A DNA stretch of 64,000 bases from Puccinia triticina (taxonomy: Eukaryota). Position numbers and translations under genes: made by a program. Where the stretch lies: the NCBI GenBank assembly GCA_026914245.1, contig CP110439.1:5208001-5272000 (forward strand). The letters are read 5' to 3'. The notes beneath the pieces are model-generated. The model did no database searches, was not told where the DNA came from, and worked only from the letters and a program-made list of their open reading frames with translations. Every line of letters starts with the position of its first letter. The first letter of the stretch is position 1. Positions 49,121 to 62,151 of the stretch are shown here, one piece after another.

Positions 49121-50826
49121 ATGTCTAGTCACTATTTAGCAATGTCCGCCTACAATGGCTTTTCAAACTTCATGAACAACCAACCCGGATCGGCGCCCAG
49201 CACCTCCGAAAACTCCTCCGGATGCTCTTCCCCGCCATCATTCCGCCTGGGGGAGAATCAGACAGCGCCGTTACCCGAGAACGCTCAACAGCCAACTGGG
49301 CTTGCGGACGAAGAAGATCTTGGCGAAGATGATGCGCTCGAAGGCTGTTTCCAATCCAACCCGACTGACTCCAAGCCCCGCTCGAATTATCACCCGTACG
49401 CTAGAAACGAGCCCAAGCACCCCGGAGGCCAGGGGTCGAAATTGAAAGCCACGACGGCCGAGAGACGAGCTACTCACAACGCCATTGAGCGTGCCCGCCG
49501 GGAATCTTTAAACGGCCGCTTCCTCGAGCTCGCTCGTGCCTTGCCAACCATGCAGAGCGTCAAACGCCCCAGCAAGAGCGTCATTGTCAACAAAAGCTTG
49601 GAATGGATCTGTGAATCTCAGGTCAGTAGGGCATCATCGCCATCTTACGTTGAATTCTTGACTCAGACGTGCATTCTCCTCCATCCCCTCTCCAGGTCCG
49701 CGAATACGAATTGGCACGCGAAAATGCCTTTCTTCGCAACCAGGTCAACGAATTACGAGCCCAACTTCAGATGGAACCGTTGCCACCGACCCGCCTATTG
49801 ATGGGCCAAGGCCAGCAAGTCCCTTACGGTCTCGCTGGTGCCCATCACCCAGCTGGCCCCACTGGGCACGAGTCGAACCGCAACTTCAGCTCCGCTGGCC
49901 TGTACCCGATGCCAAACCAGCAGCCAGTAATGACCCAACGTTCGAACAGCATTGGCTCGAAGCACCAAGCCGGATCTGGCTCGAATCCTGCCGAAGGACA
50001 CTCATCTTCCCCGACTCAATCGGCGATGAGCCGCCAACCCGCGCCCGGCCCGTTCTCAGCCCGACCGGCTCCCAACTACCTTTCGCCGAAGAGCGTGTAC
50101 GAGTCTAGTGAAGGATCGGACAGGACGCTCGAGGAAGGCAAAGGTCCAGGGTCTCAATCGTTTGGGCCGAATCAGGCCGGCGGCGACGAGAAAGTCTCGT
50201 CGATCTATCTCCCCGGCCTCTCGATCCACGCCGAGTCGGGCTCGCCCTTCCAGAGCCTGTCCGAGCCCGAAGGCCCGTTGAGCACCGCGGGCAGTTCGCC
50301 GAACCGTCTGCGCTACTTCTCGAGCTCTGGCAGCTCGGACGGCAGTGACAAGAGTCCTTCTGGGATGGATTACCCGAGCGCCACTGCTGGCTCGTTTGGT
50401 GGCGCGCGCAAGTCGCTCATCCAAGCCTCTGTCGACCAGCTCAACCCCGGTGGTGGAGGTGGCGGTAACGGGGGCCAAATGGAGATGGCCACGGGCGGGA
50501 CCAACCACCCGATCGTCGCTGGCGCAGGAGAAGTCCCGCTCCCGATCGAGCCCTTCGAAGCCCTCCATCCCTCGCCCGGCCACGCCTCTAACGCCCCCCC
50601 TTCGAACACCCTCGCCGGCTTCATGCCCCCCTCCGCCGCGTACTCCGACCTCCCCGCTCATCTCACCCAGCAGGACCTCTTCGCCGCCTCCCTCGCTAAT
50701 CTGCCCCGCCACGGCCTCATCAACGGCTCCATCCTCCCCGGCCAAGCTTCGTTCCCTCACCAGCTCGGCTCCCATGAACTCTCTTCCAATGGGTTCTCCA
50801 TCGGCGCCCCCTGGGTCTGGGGCTGA
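49121..50826 (+). CDS. bHLH(-ZIP) transcription factor, intron 49622-49695
   Basis: ERRATHNAIERARRESLNGRFLELARALPTMQSVKRPSKSVIVNKSLEWI, then heptad-like LARENAFLRNQVNELRAQL and a disordered C-terminus. 5'-UTR intron at 49020-49111. Confidence 0.9.
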
Positions 50827-52039
50827 TCTTCCTCGCTCCCAAGTCTAATCCGTTTGCCCCGATTTGTTTCTATTGTTTATTTTCTTGTTGTGCATCCTCT
50901 GCGCCCCTTTTCTCGCACTGTATTGTCTTATTGAGCACACCTCTCTCTCTTTACTTTGCGACCCCCTCCTCTTCCAATACACACACACACCCGTTCCTTT
51001 TCCAAAACGTTTGTCGAGGCAAGTCTCAAGCGACTATTCTTTTCTCTCTTGCGCACCTTTGCTTGGTCTTATCTTTCTCTCTTTGATCTGGATTCCCCCA
51101 AAAAATCAACAAACAAATATATATCTATCTATCTCGATTACTGAGTATTGAGCGAGGCGGTCTCGGCCAGTCCCTTTTTCCAAATAACTATTACTATTAC
51201 TATTTCTCATTTTGTCATTTACCAATTCATTGCTTCTGCTTTATTGACTTCGAAGACAATCTCCTTTTTTATGGTTGTTGGTATCGTAGATGGGCTCTTT
51301 GAGCTTCTGCATCCATCTGTCTCTTTTCACTCTTCGGATCTCTCCCTTTATACATTCTTTCCCTTAAAAAAAAGAAAATACCCCCCAAAAAAACTTTCCT
51401 CGAAAAAAAAAAACAAAAAACAGTGATTAGGTGATCATTGGTTGCCCTCTCTCTTTCTGTCTCTCCAGTCTGCTCCCAATACCTCAACCTTTGTGGTCTG
51501 TTTTTTTCTATATCTCATCTTTATATAAGTAATATATATATATATCTGCTGTGTCTTGCTCGATTGCATGCCTGATGTGTAGGCGCGTGCGTTTTTCTCT
51601 ATATATAGAAGTCATTTGTTATTTTTACCCTTTCATCAAATCATACACTTCCCACATACACAAAAAACATTATTCAAGTCAATCCAGTATTCAGTCATCA
51701 ATCCCAATCTTCCTTGTGAAGTGAGTGTTGCCACAATTCTGGCAGCCGGTACATGCTGTGCGGTCTCGGCGTAAGCAGCGGAATCTTTTCTGAGAGAAGA
51801 GCCCTTCCTTTTTATAGGGCTTTTATCAATTTTGGGGCCGCAACTTCCCTTAGGTTTCTTCAGGACCAAGAAAAAAAAAAACGTTCAGGTTTTCTCATTT
51901 CCCATTTATGTAATCCAAGTTTGTGTTTTCCTTTCTCCTATTTTCCATTTAAAATCCTCTGATCCTTTATGTCCTATTTCTCAGTTCCAAGTAGATATCT
52001 ATCAGGTGGCACCTGTGAGGTTGCAGACCTAATTGTAAC

Positions 52040-52393
52040 TGGGCATAAACAGCCCTGTTGTGTCTCCGCGCAACCACAGGGATTAAACTGGGCAGAAATA
52101 AAAACCTGGTTTTGTTCCTGGTAGTCGCGCAAATACAGCAAAAAAACTGGCCTGTTGTTTCTGCCTGGTTTGTCCGGCCCCGGGGAATTTATTCCGCTAC
52201 GCTGCCGGGAGGCAAAAAATCTGTCAGCGGCCAATCCGCTGCGCTAACCGTTAGCGCAGCAGTTTTCTTCTGCGCTAAGCCTAAAAAAGTGTGAGCGCAG
52301 AAAAAATAGCTATGCTACAGCTTGGTTTTAGCGGCGTAAAATCCGCCGCTACGCTAACCTGTAACGCTCAAATAGCGCAGCTGCCCATCTCTA
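52040..52393. mobile_element. hAT-like MITE relic
   Basis: Terminus GCTGCCCATCTCTA and CCGCTACGCT/GCGCTAAC subterminal repeats. Left end unclear. Confidence 0.4.
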
Positions 52394-54057
52394 CTCAGAT
52401 CTCAACAGGAGGTCACCCGATTAATGTATCAAATCTGTAAATAAACAAGATGGCTCTAAATTTGTGGCACGCTGAGAGTCTTTTAGGTGATAGGGTTAGG
52501 GGGCAGGCTAATGGCTAAGAATGCACTTGATCTCGCTTAATTTCCCGTCCCTTTCAATGTTCCTATCCTTTTTAATGTTTTTCCTAGGTCTCTGTACATT
52601 GCATCACAAAGAATCAGGAAAATTGCCTTGCACATCTGATATCAGAAGAAGAGGTACAAGATAGCTTTGAGTTACATTTTAGTCTGATGAAGGGGCCATC
52701 TCCTAGCTTAACTAAGCCTCTCAAACGGAGGGTCCGGGGGGCAGTATGGTTGTTGGCGCCACATTTAGAAAAATGCGCGCCCGTGGACGCGCACTTTGGC
52801 GCCAAAACATGGCGCGCCGGGGCGCCAGTTCCGGTGTGTTTTTAGAGAAGAGATGATATTTTTGTTTCCATAACACTACTCTAAGGAGGTACATACAACA
52901 AAAGGGAGAAAAAATAATAGGGAATGAGGTTAAGAGGCCCAGAGATCTTATGGATCCCAGTTGGATTCATCAGCTTTGTTGTCTTCAATTGTATTGATGT
53001 AAATTACGCTGCTGGGCTGCTCAGGTGGAGTTTCCATCAAATCAAAGTCAAAGGTTGTGTCCATGGTGGCATCTTCTCTTGAAGTAAGTGTTGAGTTTGA
53101 AAGAATTCAGAAAACTAAAAGTGTTGTTTTTATTCATGTAAGTATAATGTGTGCTAGAAGTACAATGATAATAGAAGAAGTCTTTTTGTACCTAAAAGGC
53201 AGATGAAATCTGCTAGCTATTGGTTATTTAATAATAACTAGAGTACAAATGCGGCTGCGCCGCCTACATTTCCACTATATCAGCCATTAAAGTCTACTGG
53301 CTGTAAATTATTCTATGAGTTACATTTTGCTCCACACAATAATAGAAGAAAATCACAAAAATACAGATTTTTTAACAACATTTACAACTCTAACATTTTG
53401 ACCATCTGACAATTGTACTACTAACAGATTCCTTACATCACGTACACGAGATAAGCCAACATACAATTGGCCATGGCCAAACACCTGATTATGTAGGACT
53501 AATGCCACTTGTTTCATGCTTTGCCCTTGACACTTATTAATAGTCATGGCAAAAGCCAGAGCAACAGGAAATTGATACCTGTAGAATGAAATTTTAACAT
53601 ATGAATCCTCTTTGTGAAAAAGGGTCACTTGTGGGATTGTGACATGTTTCCCTTCAAGAGGTCCTGTTAAAATCCTACCTTCTAGAGCGTTTGGCCAAAC
53701 CTGTAGAAGCAGTATTCTCGTGCGATTACATAGACCCTTGTCAATACTCAGATTCCACAATAACACAACTGGACACCCCGGTTTGAGCTTGAGGAGGTGG
53801 TTGGGAAACCCGGGGAAGTTGATTTTGGCCAAGCCCTCCAGTTATAAAGTTTCCATAACATCTTCATTTGGCCTGTCAACAGAGGTTGATACCATTTCAT
53901 CCCCATGGAGAGCTTTAAGCATTTGCCTATTGATGAAATTTGAATCCTTGTTTAATGGAGTCAAGATACAACGCTCTGCTAGATAATTTGTGTATGTTCC
54001 AACATCTAACCGCGCCATTGAATTGATATCTGCAAAGCACCATTAAATGCTTCTGCT

Positions 54058-55960
54058 TGTGCAATCAACCGGTAACGCGTAAGACTCCAGCTTGACTCCA
54101 TGTTGAGTTTTAACCCCGCACATTGATGACGTGTATGCATGCGCCATGCATATGGTTTCGATCTACATAATTCACAATGGTCAATCTCAACCCCGCGGTC
54201 TAAACTTTCGTCATCCACAATCTATCCGCCGACATCTTTATTCTTCCCCCTTTCTGTTCCATCCATTGTCCCTTACCTTTGCCTTCATTATCAATCGCTG
54301 TTTTTCATCGACTCCAATACTCCTCGAAGTCTTTCTTCTTTGTACAAAAATTGATCAAATCGAAAACTCAATCTTAACTCTCGCCGACTCTAAACTCTCA
54401 GGAGAGCTAGATTCAGTCTCTGGGCAGGTAGACGTTTCTTATCTTACATCAACAAGCGATATCTTATCCGAGTATTATTAACATCTTATGCTTATTATCA
54501 TTTGTCTTAGGCTGTCTCGTTGTGTTATTCCTGGTGTTGAACGTCGTTGTCGTTATTGTTGTGTTGAGATTTTCCTTTGATTTGGTTCAGATCTTTTTAG
54601 GTATTTTTCATATTATTAATCATTTACAATTAAGTCATATAAAACTAATCTGTTTACTTTTTTGTTACTCAAGTGTATTTTACTTTTATTGAGTTCTTTA
54701 CTTTATAACTGTTGCAATAAAGTAATCTTCTACCATTTTCACATGGTAGCAAGAGTCATTACTTGACAGTTAAAAGAACTCAAAATAAGAAAAACACTTA
54801 TTAGATAAATACGAACAAGATGGCTGAACTTCCGGTAGTTCCTAAAGTCGATGACTCCTCGGCAAGCAATAATGATCATCAAAGCGATAAGATACGAATC
54901 ACGAAACTTTGTCGTGATAATTTTCCCGAATGGAAAAAATCGTTTAAACATCTTGTTATCGGTTGTGGCAATGAGGAGGTTTTCGATGCAAATTGGTGTG
55001 AAGAACACAAGAAGGAGAAAAAATTTCACAAGAAAACCTCGAACGCTTACACTCTTCTTGAGTTATGTGTATCAGCCGATCTATACCCAGTTGTGCAAGC
55101 AGCCGATACGTTCTCAAAGGCTATGGAAGATTTAGCTGAAGCTTGCGGTGAAAGTTCGTTAATCAAACTTGGCGACAAACTCTACGCTCTCATTCAACTC
55201 GAATTCATTCCCGGAACGTCTATTGCTACTCATATTAGTAAATTTCAAACTATGTATACCTCACTTAAGTCAGCTCAAATAGGTTCCAAAAATATGCAAG
55301 TCGATACGGCTATGGCTGGATTATTTTTTCTCAAAAGTTTCCGTCATGACGATTCATTGGCTTCTCTTATTCAAAATCTATTCGATGTCACTCCTTTCAC
55401 ATTCGAAAAATTGGCGACTCGAATGAATATTGAACATAGCCGGATTGATCAGACTGCTTCAATTAACGCATCCTCGTCGATTAACGCTTTATCGTCCAGG
55501 CCATTTACTCGACCAAACAAGGACAAATTTAAAGTGGTTGAGAAGAAGTTCAGAAGTGTTGTTCCAACCAAAAATCGTAACAACGCATCGAGTGGTTCCT
55601 CTGCTAAGCCTCAAATGAGTGATCAAGAATTGGACCAGTTAATTGAATCATTAACGAAACTTCGTACTCAGCGGTTAAATTCTATTGATGAATCCGAGAA
55701 TGAAGATGTTGTCAAGGCAGTTGCGGAAACTACAGGAAGTGACCCTGAAGATACTGGATTTTTTGTTGAAGATGAGAACACGTTTCATGTTGGTCCAATC
55801 GACAACGAGAAAATTCGCTTAGTCCTTGATACTGGAGCATCCAAATCAACAGTTTCCGACAGTCGCCTTCTTTCGAACTTGCAACCCATCAATAAATTGA
55901 TGCGAACATACTCAGGTTCAATTGACATCACTCATACCGGTTCAATGCGATTCGGGAAAT
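54058..55960 (+). mobile_element. Ty1/Copia-like fragment: 5' LTR, PBS, gag and protease (3'-truncated)
   Basis: LTR ends TTTTCACA at 54743. PBS TGGTAGC (54744, complementary to an initiator-tRNA-Met-like 3' end). ORF from 54820 with gag-like ITKLCRDNFPEWKK and protease LVLDTGASKSTV. It breaks off at 55960 back into Helitron sequence. Confidence 0.8.
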
Positions 55961-57647
55961 ATGAGGCAGTGTTATTTGTGATATATTGCTATCTTGGCAT
56001 AAGCCTTTGCCAATCCGCAGCAGTTCAATTGCAAAAGAAGTGTTGGATGTAGTTTCATAGTCTGTCCCTAGCCCCAAGCAAACATTTTCCTTCAATGAAT
56101 AGGTGGTAATGTCGGTCCAAAGGTATGAGCTCTTCATTGTTGCAAATTCTGATCGCGGGAATACACCTCTCTTGACCACTGGTAAGGTTTGGCGAAAGTC
56201 TCCGGCAAATATCACAAGGTTTCCACCAAACACTTGTGTTATCCCGGTGAGATCCCTCAAACTCCTGTCTACGGTCTCTATTGCTTGTCAATGCATAGCC
56301 ACGGCTTCATCCCACACTATCACTCTACAAGCCAAGAGTCTCTTCCCCATTCAAGGGTGAACGGTTGTTAGAAAACCAAGCATGGCGCTCGCTGGGTTGT
56401 GAGGTAGAGGCAATCAAGTGGTTTGAAGACGGAAAGGGGACAGTGATCCGTTTGTATTTTGATTTCTGGCCATGTACTTGCTGAAAATAACTGTTGTGGC
56501 CCAATTGATGAGTGTGACTACTTGCAGAGCTGAGTGAGCTACTTTTCCAGCTCCGCAGTTTGGCAGTATGGATGCTTCCTGTCTTGATCTCTAAGCCATC
56601 CTCAACACGCTTGTCATTTTGATCTTCAAATGTGGAGATATTCTCTCTGAATTGTGATGAATCTTGATGGGCAGCAGTGAAAATGAGCAGGGAAATAAGC
56701 AAACAATGAGAGAGGAATAGACGGCAGGGTTGAGCTGAAACTCTCTTACTGGTACGTTCAGCCATCAAGGTGCGCGCCTGAAGCTTTGAGCGCAGAAAAG
56801 TCTGCAAGTCGAGCCCACGTGCCCGAACAGGTTGTTTACCTTGTGGGTCAGGCAGGGCGGATGGAGCGGGCTGAGGGGGAGCAGCGCCAGAAGTGGAGGT
56901 GGGGGTGGATGAGCTTGGGGCGGGGGCGAGGTTGTTGAGGACACCAAATTCAGGAGGGAATTTGACATAATCAAAGAAGCCCTCGTTGATGTCATCTTCA
57001 ATCTCTGGGAAGGATGAGGACAAGCGGTCAGACTTGGACGGGTTCGAATCCTTGGGGTGTTGTCGTCAATCGAGCCCCGGTTGCCGTTGGATTGACTAAT
57101 CGAGTTCGCCAAGCTGTTGAGTAGGGTGGTCATGAAGATGCTACCGCGACGGGAGGAGGCTGAAGACATGCCACATATGATAGGTTGTTTGAGCCGATGC
57201 GAGGACGGTCTGCGACGTAGACTGCTGAGCTGACAGTGAGTTTGGTAAAAGGCATCGCGTGCAGTGGTGCTCAGCAATAAGAAGTGACAGGTGCTTGACT
57301 TTACAGGGGTTCATACTTGCACCGACAGATCTCATCCCTGATTCACGGGAGCAGCATACTGCTCCGGTAATGGTAAGTATGAATGTTCTAAAAGTTCCTC
57401 GGCCACGGTGTCTTGAGCGGCCTAACTTGGTAGCCGGAAAAGCTTTACTTGACAGATGTATTAAGCACTGTTTGATTCCGGCCCTCCGATGTTACCAAAG
57501 GAGGGTAACTCATACCTTGAACAGACGCGTATGAGGATGAGGTATTGTGGGTGATGGTTGCTTGTTTCGTCGCTTTTGCTGAGCACTATGGTGAACATTA
57601 AAAAAGGCAACCGGGACATGGAAATGTTTAACTCCTGTTGTTGAACA

Positions 57648-57790
57648 TGGTGCAAGTGGAATGTGATGAACGCGGTGCAAGTGGATTCAAAAAGGTGCAA
57701 GTGGAATGCTAAATCCGTCGAATGCGCAGTGCCGCCAAAAGCAATCACCGTCAACATAATGTGAAGGCGGTGCAAGTGGAATGCTAAACC
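57648..57790. repeat. GGTGCAAGTGGA(A/T)T motif repeated four times
   Basis: Direct repeats in the putative Helitron 5' region. Confidence 0.6.
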
Positions 57791-58273
57791 CGTTGAATGG
57801 GCAGGGTGTCAATGGAAAAATGGAGCATTTTGTATTCAGGGTGGAAGCCCGAATGAGTATAAGAGGCAGGGTGCTTGGAGTCGCAATGATTCCCCCATTG
57901 CAGATCCAGTGGGGGCCAACGGCTGCCCACGCGGTGGTCTTGCGATCTTTTTTTTTTGGCTGCTGGTGGGCGTTTGTCGTTTAAGGTTGAAGGAGGAATA
58001 ATAAAGACAATTCTTCTTGAGGTAGATGAGACTAGTTAAGAGTTTTATATCTGAGAAAGAAAGATGGTGTCATTAGCACACAATAAGTCTTGATTGCAAA
58101 TAAGATTTTTAAAGTAATGTTACTTTTTATTCACTAATACCGTACAAGATTTAAACAAATCTTTTGGCTTCTTCTTCTTTGAGATCAATAGCTGATAGTA
58201 GAAACAGTATGTTATAAACTGTTTATCAGTTTCTTTTTGTCTCGATTGATACTTGAATTCAAGAATCATATTA

Positions 58274-58474
58274 GGGGGGTTCACAATAGGATAAAAATAA
58301 AACTTTATAGTCAATTTTAAGGCCTTTATCAACAACTTTTTAAAAATATGGCAGGATGTACAGTATTAGGTGTCCCCTGGCAATCAGAGGGTGCTCTTCA
58401 TTTTTTAAAAAATTGTCTGTAAAGGCCTTAAAATTGGCTCTAAAGTTTTATTTTTATTGTATTGTGAACCCCCC
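58274..58474. mobile_element. MITE with ~70-bp TIRs
   Basis: GGGGGGTTCACAATA...AAGGCCTTTA / TAAAGGCCTT...TATTGTGAACCCCCC, flanked by TATTA on both sides. Confidence 0.75.
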
Positions 58475-59090
58475 TATTAACTCACCACCAGGTGAGGTTA
58501 TTCGAGTTATCAACTTCTTGTTGATTTAAATTTTTGATAGTTTCAATCTAATGATTGATGTCAAGAGAAATTGATTAGATTCTTGTTGACCGTCAATCAG
58601 GTTTAGAACCATTAACTCACCTTGAGTTCAATGGTTCTCAATCTTCACTATCAATGACATCATGATCATTGATCATCAAGCTCATTGCTCTTTTGCCAAT
58701 CGGCTGTTCCATTACGGAACAGTTTGAATCTGCACATGAAAGAATTTCTTTCAGTTTTTAACTTCCATGAGTACATGTGAAAACACATGTCGCTCACCAG
58801 GAATTTTTCTCTTTCGAGAATCTACGTCATAAGACAAATTCCAACAGAGTTCTGGCCCTTGGTAAATATTCCTTCCTCAAGGAATTCAAGTTCTGCTGGT
58901 GTTAGATACAAGTTTTAAGACTTCACATTTTCATATTCAAACCTATCTTTGGTTGAATTCAAGGCAGCAAACTAATTGAAGGAATCCGTTTTGAAGGTCA
59001 AAGGAATTCTGAAGGATATTCCATTGCTCTGAAGATCCATTCTTGGATTTTCTGATAATAAGCAAGATTGAATATTCTATCTGCAACAAT

Positions 59091-59499
59091 GCGAAAACCC
59101 AAAACGGTAGGCACAAAAATGGTATGAATGGGCTTTTTTGGCCTCAATGGTAAGCACTTTAAGTGTATGAAATTTTTCCTGAGTACAAGAGGGTAGTAAC
59201 CAAGATGTATGAAATTCCTGAGAGTGCACCAGAAAAACCCGTAGCCCTCCCCCCCTTGGCAGCACAGCTTGGCTTATTTTTGGTACCCCAGTGCCCCACC
59301 TTGGCAGCACACCCCAGGTTTTTTTTTGCACCCCCCCCCCCCTCGGCAGGAATGGTAGGCATGGAAAATGTATGAAAACTTGGGAAATCCTCAAAGCGTA
59401 CGCACAAAACGTGTATGAATGAGGTCAAAAAATGTATGAATTTTGTCGAAATTCTGGATTTTAGGTTACAGTCATTTATAAGGGGCTTCCTGGGTCCTG
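59091..59499 (+). mobile_element. 5'-truncated second copy of the 5014-5480 MITE
   Basis: Highly similar to 5069-5480 over ~410 bp, ending GGGTCCTG. Confidence 0.88.
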
Positions 59500-60296
59500 C
59501 TATAGGTGTAGGATCTGCAGATATCTGCGGGTTTGTGAATCCAAGATCCACAAGGCATGATGGTCATAATTCCTTAGTTTACATTTCTTTATTTTTGAAA
59601 TATTAGTACAGGGAGATCAGTTGGGATTGAGGAGATGAGACCAGCACCATTTGAAAGCTGAGGTCCAGAAGTGTATTTTGGCTCTGGGACAGGTCCGCAG
59701 GAGCTGAGGGGGAGGCTGGGTGCGGCTAATTATTTTTACTCCAGCCATTTGTGATCTCTTTCTCAGCCAAATTTTTGATGTCGTCCTCAAGTCGCTCCCT
59801 GCGGGAGGGGCCGAGCCTCCCACCAGGGGTGAATTGTGTTAAGTTAGAGCCATCTCTGCCTCCGTGCCTGATTCAGTTCTCAGTTCCTAGGGAACCCGGC
59901 GGCGTTATACGCCGCGGGTTAAGTTTGAGGGTATTGGTGATACGAAGACAGGTGTTTAGACAACTCTCTGGCCGCGTTTTGAAGCCTCAGAGATGTTTTG
60001 GGTGGCAGATGGCCCTCACATGCAGCGTGCCAAGATGATGTTTTTGGGTCATCATGTTCTCTTGACGGCGGAGTTGACCCGAGTTCTTCCGGTTTGGTCC
60101 CGCTTGTCCGATCGCGTCAAATGCGTGTTATGTCATAGGCCGGAAGCAGGAGAGGGGTGGAGCGGGCTTGCGGGAGGTGACAGGGAGAGAAAGAGACTGT
60201 GACAGGCTGGGTGAACCTCGTCAGCTTCCTCCCCTCCACAACTCGAGCACCACCCTGCCACCACCGAAAGCCAACCAAATACAAACAATCGCAACC

Positions 60297-61975
60297 ATGA
60301 TGCTCTCATTGCCCTCCAGGTCAATCGCACGATCGGCCCGATCGTATGCAAACCAAGCAGCCCCCTCTATCATCGCTACAACCCAAGCTAGCACCGCCCA
60401 GAAAGTCCTTTCGACCCCAGAAGACAACAAACTCACTGGCTCGATCTCCGTCTTCATCAAGGCCGGAAGCCGATACCAACCCACCCACGGTCTCGCACAC
60501 CTCCTCAAAAACTCCGTCTTCAAAGTAAGCACCTCCTTCTCCTCTCCTCGAAGGAAACCTCACTGAATTTCTCTGCTTCTTTTTGAGACAGTCTACCCAA
60601 AAACGAAGTGCCCTTAGCTTGGTTAGAGAGACGGAACTCCTCGGCGGTGTTCTCACTTCATCTCTTAGTCGTGAACATTTAATCCTCAGTGCCGAGTTTC
60701 TGAAAGGAAATGAGTCAGTCTTCCTCCCCCCACCATGTCTCTGCGCATTTTCATAAACTGAGATGAATTTCCTTTTTTAAATGTAAAACACGTTGATGAA
60801 CGAAGAGGATATTTTGCAGAAGTCTTAGGCGACGTTCTCACGAGTTCGAAATTCACACGACACGAGTTCAACGAAGAAGCGTTGCCGGGGGCCGAGGCGG
60901 AATACAAGCAAGCGCAAGAAGACCCGACGGTAGTAGCGATCGAGCAAGCGCACTCGCTAGCGTTTCGCGGGGGGCTCGGGAACAGTTTATATGCGAATCC
61001 GGAGCTGATGGGCACGCAGGATTCGATGATCGAGTATGCACGGACGAAGTTTGGGTGTGCGGAGGAGCAGGCAATCGTGGGGACGGGCATCGAAGCGGAG
61101 AGACTAGGCGAGCTTGTCAGCCAGTTCTTTGGCGTCTCTTCTACCGCCACCTCGTCCAGCGGTGTGTCGGCCGGCCAGAAATCGTCATACCATGGTGGAG
61201 AGGCCCGGATAGCTCGTCGAGCAGGCCCGGAGGACACCTTGTTGGTCGCTTTCAAGGGCGCCGAGGCCTCCTCCAGCCCCGCACACACCGTCCTCCAACA
61301 CTTGCTGGGCTCCGATCCGGCCTCCGTGAAATGGTCCGCCGGCTCCTCGCCCTTATCTTCCTTGCCCGTCAAGGCCTTCCATCTCGCCTACTCGGACATC
61401 GGCCTCTTCGGCTTGCTCGTCAAGGCTCCCGCCAACGAGACCCAAGCGATTGCCACCCAAGCCCTTGGTCAACTTAAACAAATCGCAAATGGAAACTTGG
61501 TCGATGCTCAGTCTGTCGCTAGGGCTGCTAACAAGGCTCAATTCTTGGTTGCTAGTAACTTGGAGAACAATCTCACTCGCACCGAACTCTTGGGCACTCA
61601 GGTACGTTTTCCCTGCTTTCTCATCCCTTCGTCTATGTATACAAAAAGATACTAAACCTTTCGCTTTCGTCTGTGTAACCTTCAAGTCCCTCATCTCGCC
61701 CAAGTCAGCACCCAACCAACTGGCAGATTTATATTCCTCCTACTCTCAAGTGACTCCAGACCAAGTCATCCAAGTCAGTCGCCTTTTCCCCTTTTCTTGT
61801 GGGGTGGTTCCGTGGGTTCTTTTGGGGGGTAGATAAAGAAACTGACTCCATTTTGTTTGGTTGATGATGATGACAACGACAACAGGCTGCCAAAGCCGTT
61901 ATCAGCTCTCCTCCTACAACCGTTGCTGTCGGTAACATTGACCAATTACCTTACTGTGATCAACTCGGCTTGTAA
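60297..61975 (+). CDS. QCR2: Cytochrome bc1 complex core subunit 2 (M16 peptidase-like), multi-exon
   Basis: Mitochondrial presequence MMLSLPSRSIARSARSY, IKAGSRYQPTHGLAHLLKNSVFKST, SALSLVRETELLGG..SREHL, AFRGGLGNSLY, YSDIGLFG, C-terminal VAVGNIDQLPYCDQLGL*. Confidence 0.92.
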
Positions 61976-62151
61976 TCCACTCGTTCTCTCTCCATCCATC
62001 CGTACCAAAAAAAACATCCTTTATTCTCTTTTTGTTTAGATGCTTATAACAAAAAACAAACCACCATCTTCTCATTTTTTCTGAAATATAAATCATTTCT
62101 CTACCTTTTTTGTCTCAGCTTTTTTGAATCATCATTGGTCGTTGATCTACA

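Larger units (their letters stand above)
53238..58027 (-). mobile_element. Decayed Helitron (Pif1-like helicase pseudogene) interrupted by a Copia fragment
   Basis: 3' end on the minus strand: hairpin GCGGC-GCA-GCCGC, then CTAG|T at 53238. Helicase motifs QFPVALAFAMTINKCQGQS..VFGHGQLYVGLSRV (53353-53832) and VIVWDEA..FGGNLVIFAGDFRQTLPV (55961-56360). The 5' A|TC end near 58026 is only a candidate. Confidence 0.85.

Noticed and set aside
50056..50848. Alternative-frame ORFs over the bHLH gene
   Set aside because: GC-rich shadow ORFs of the coding exon.
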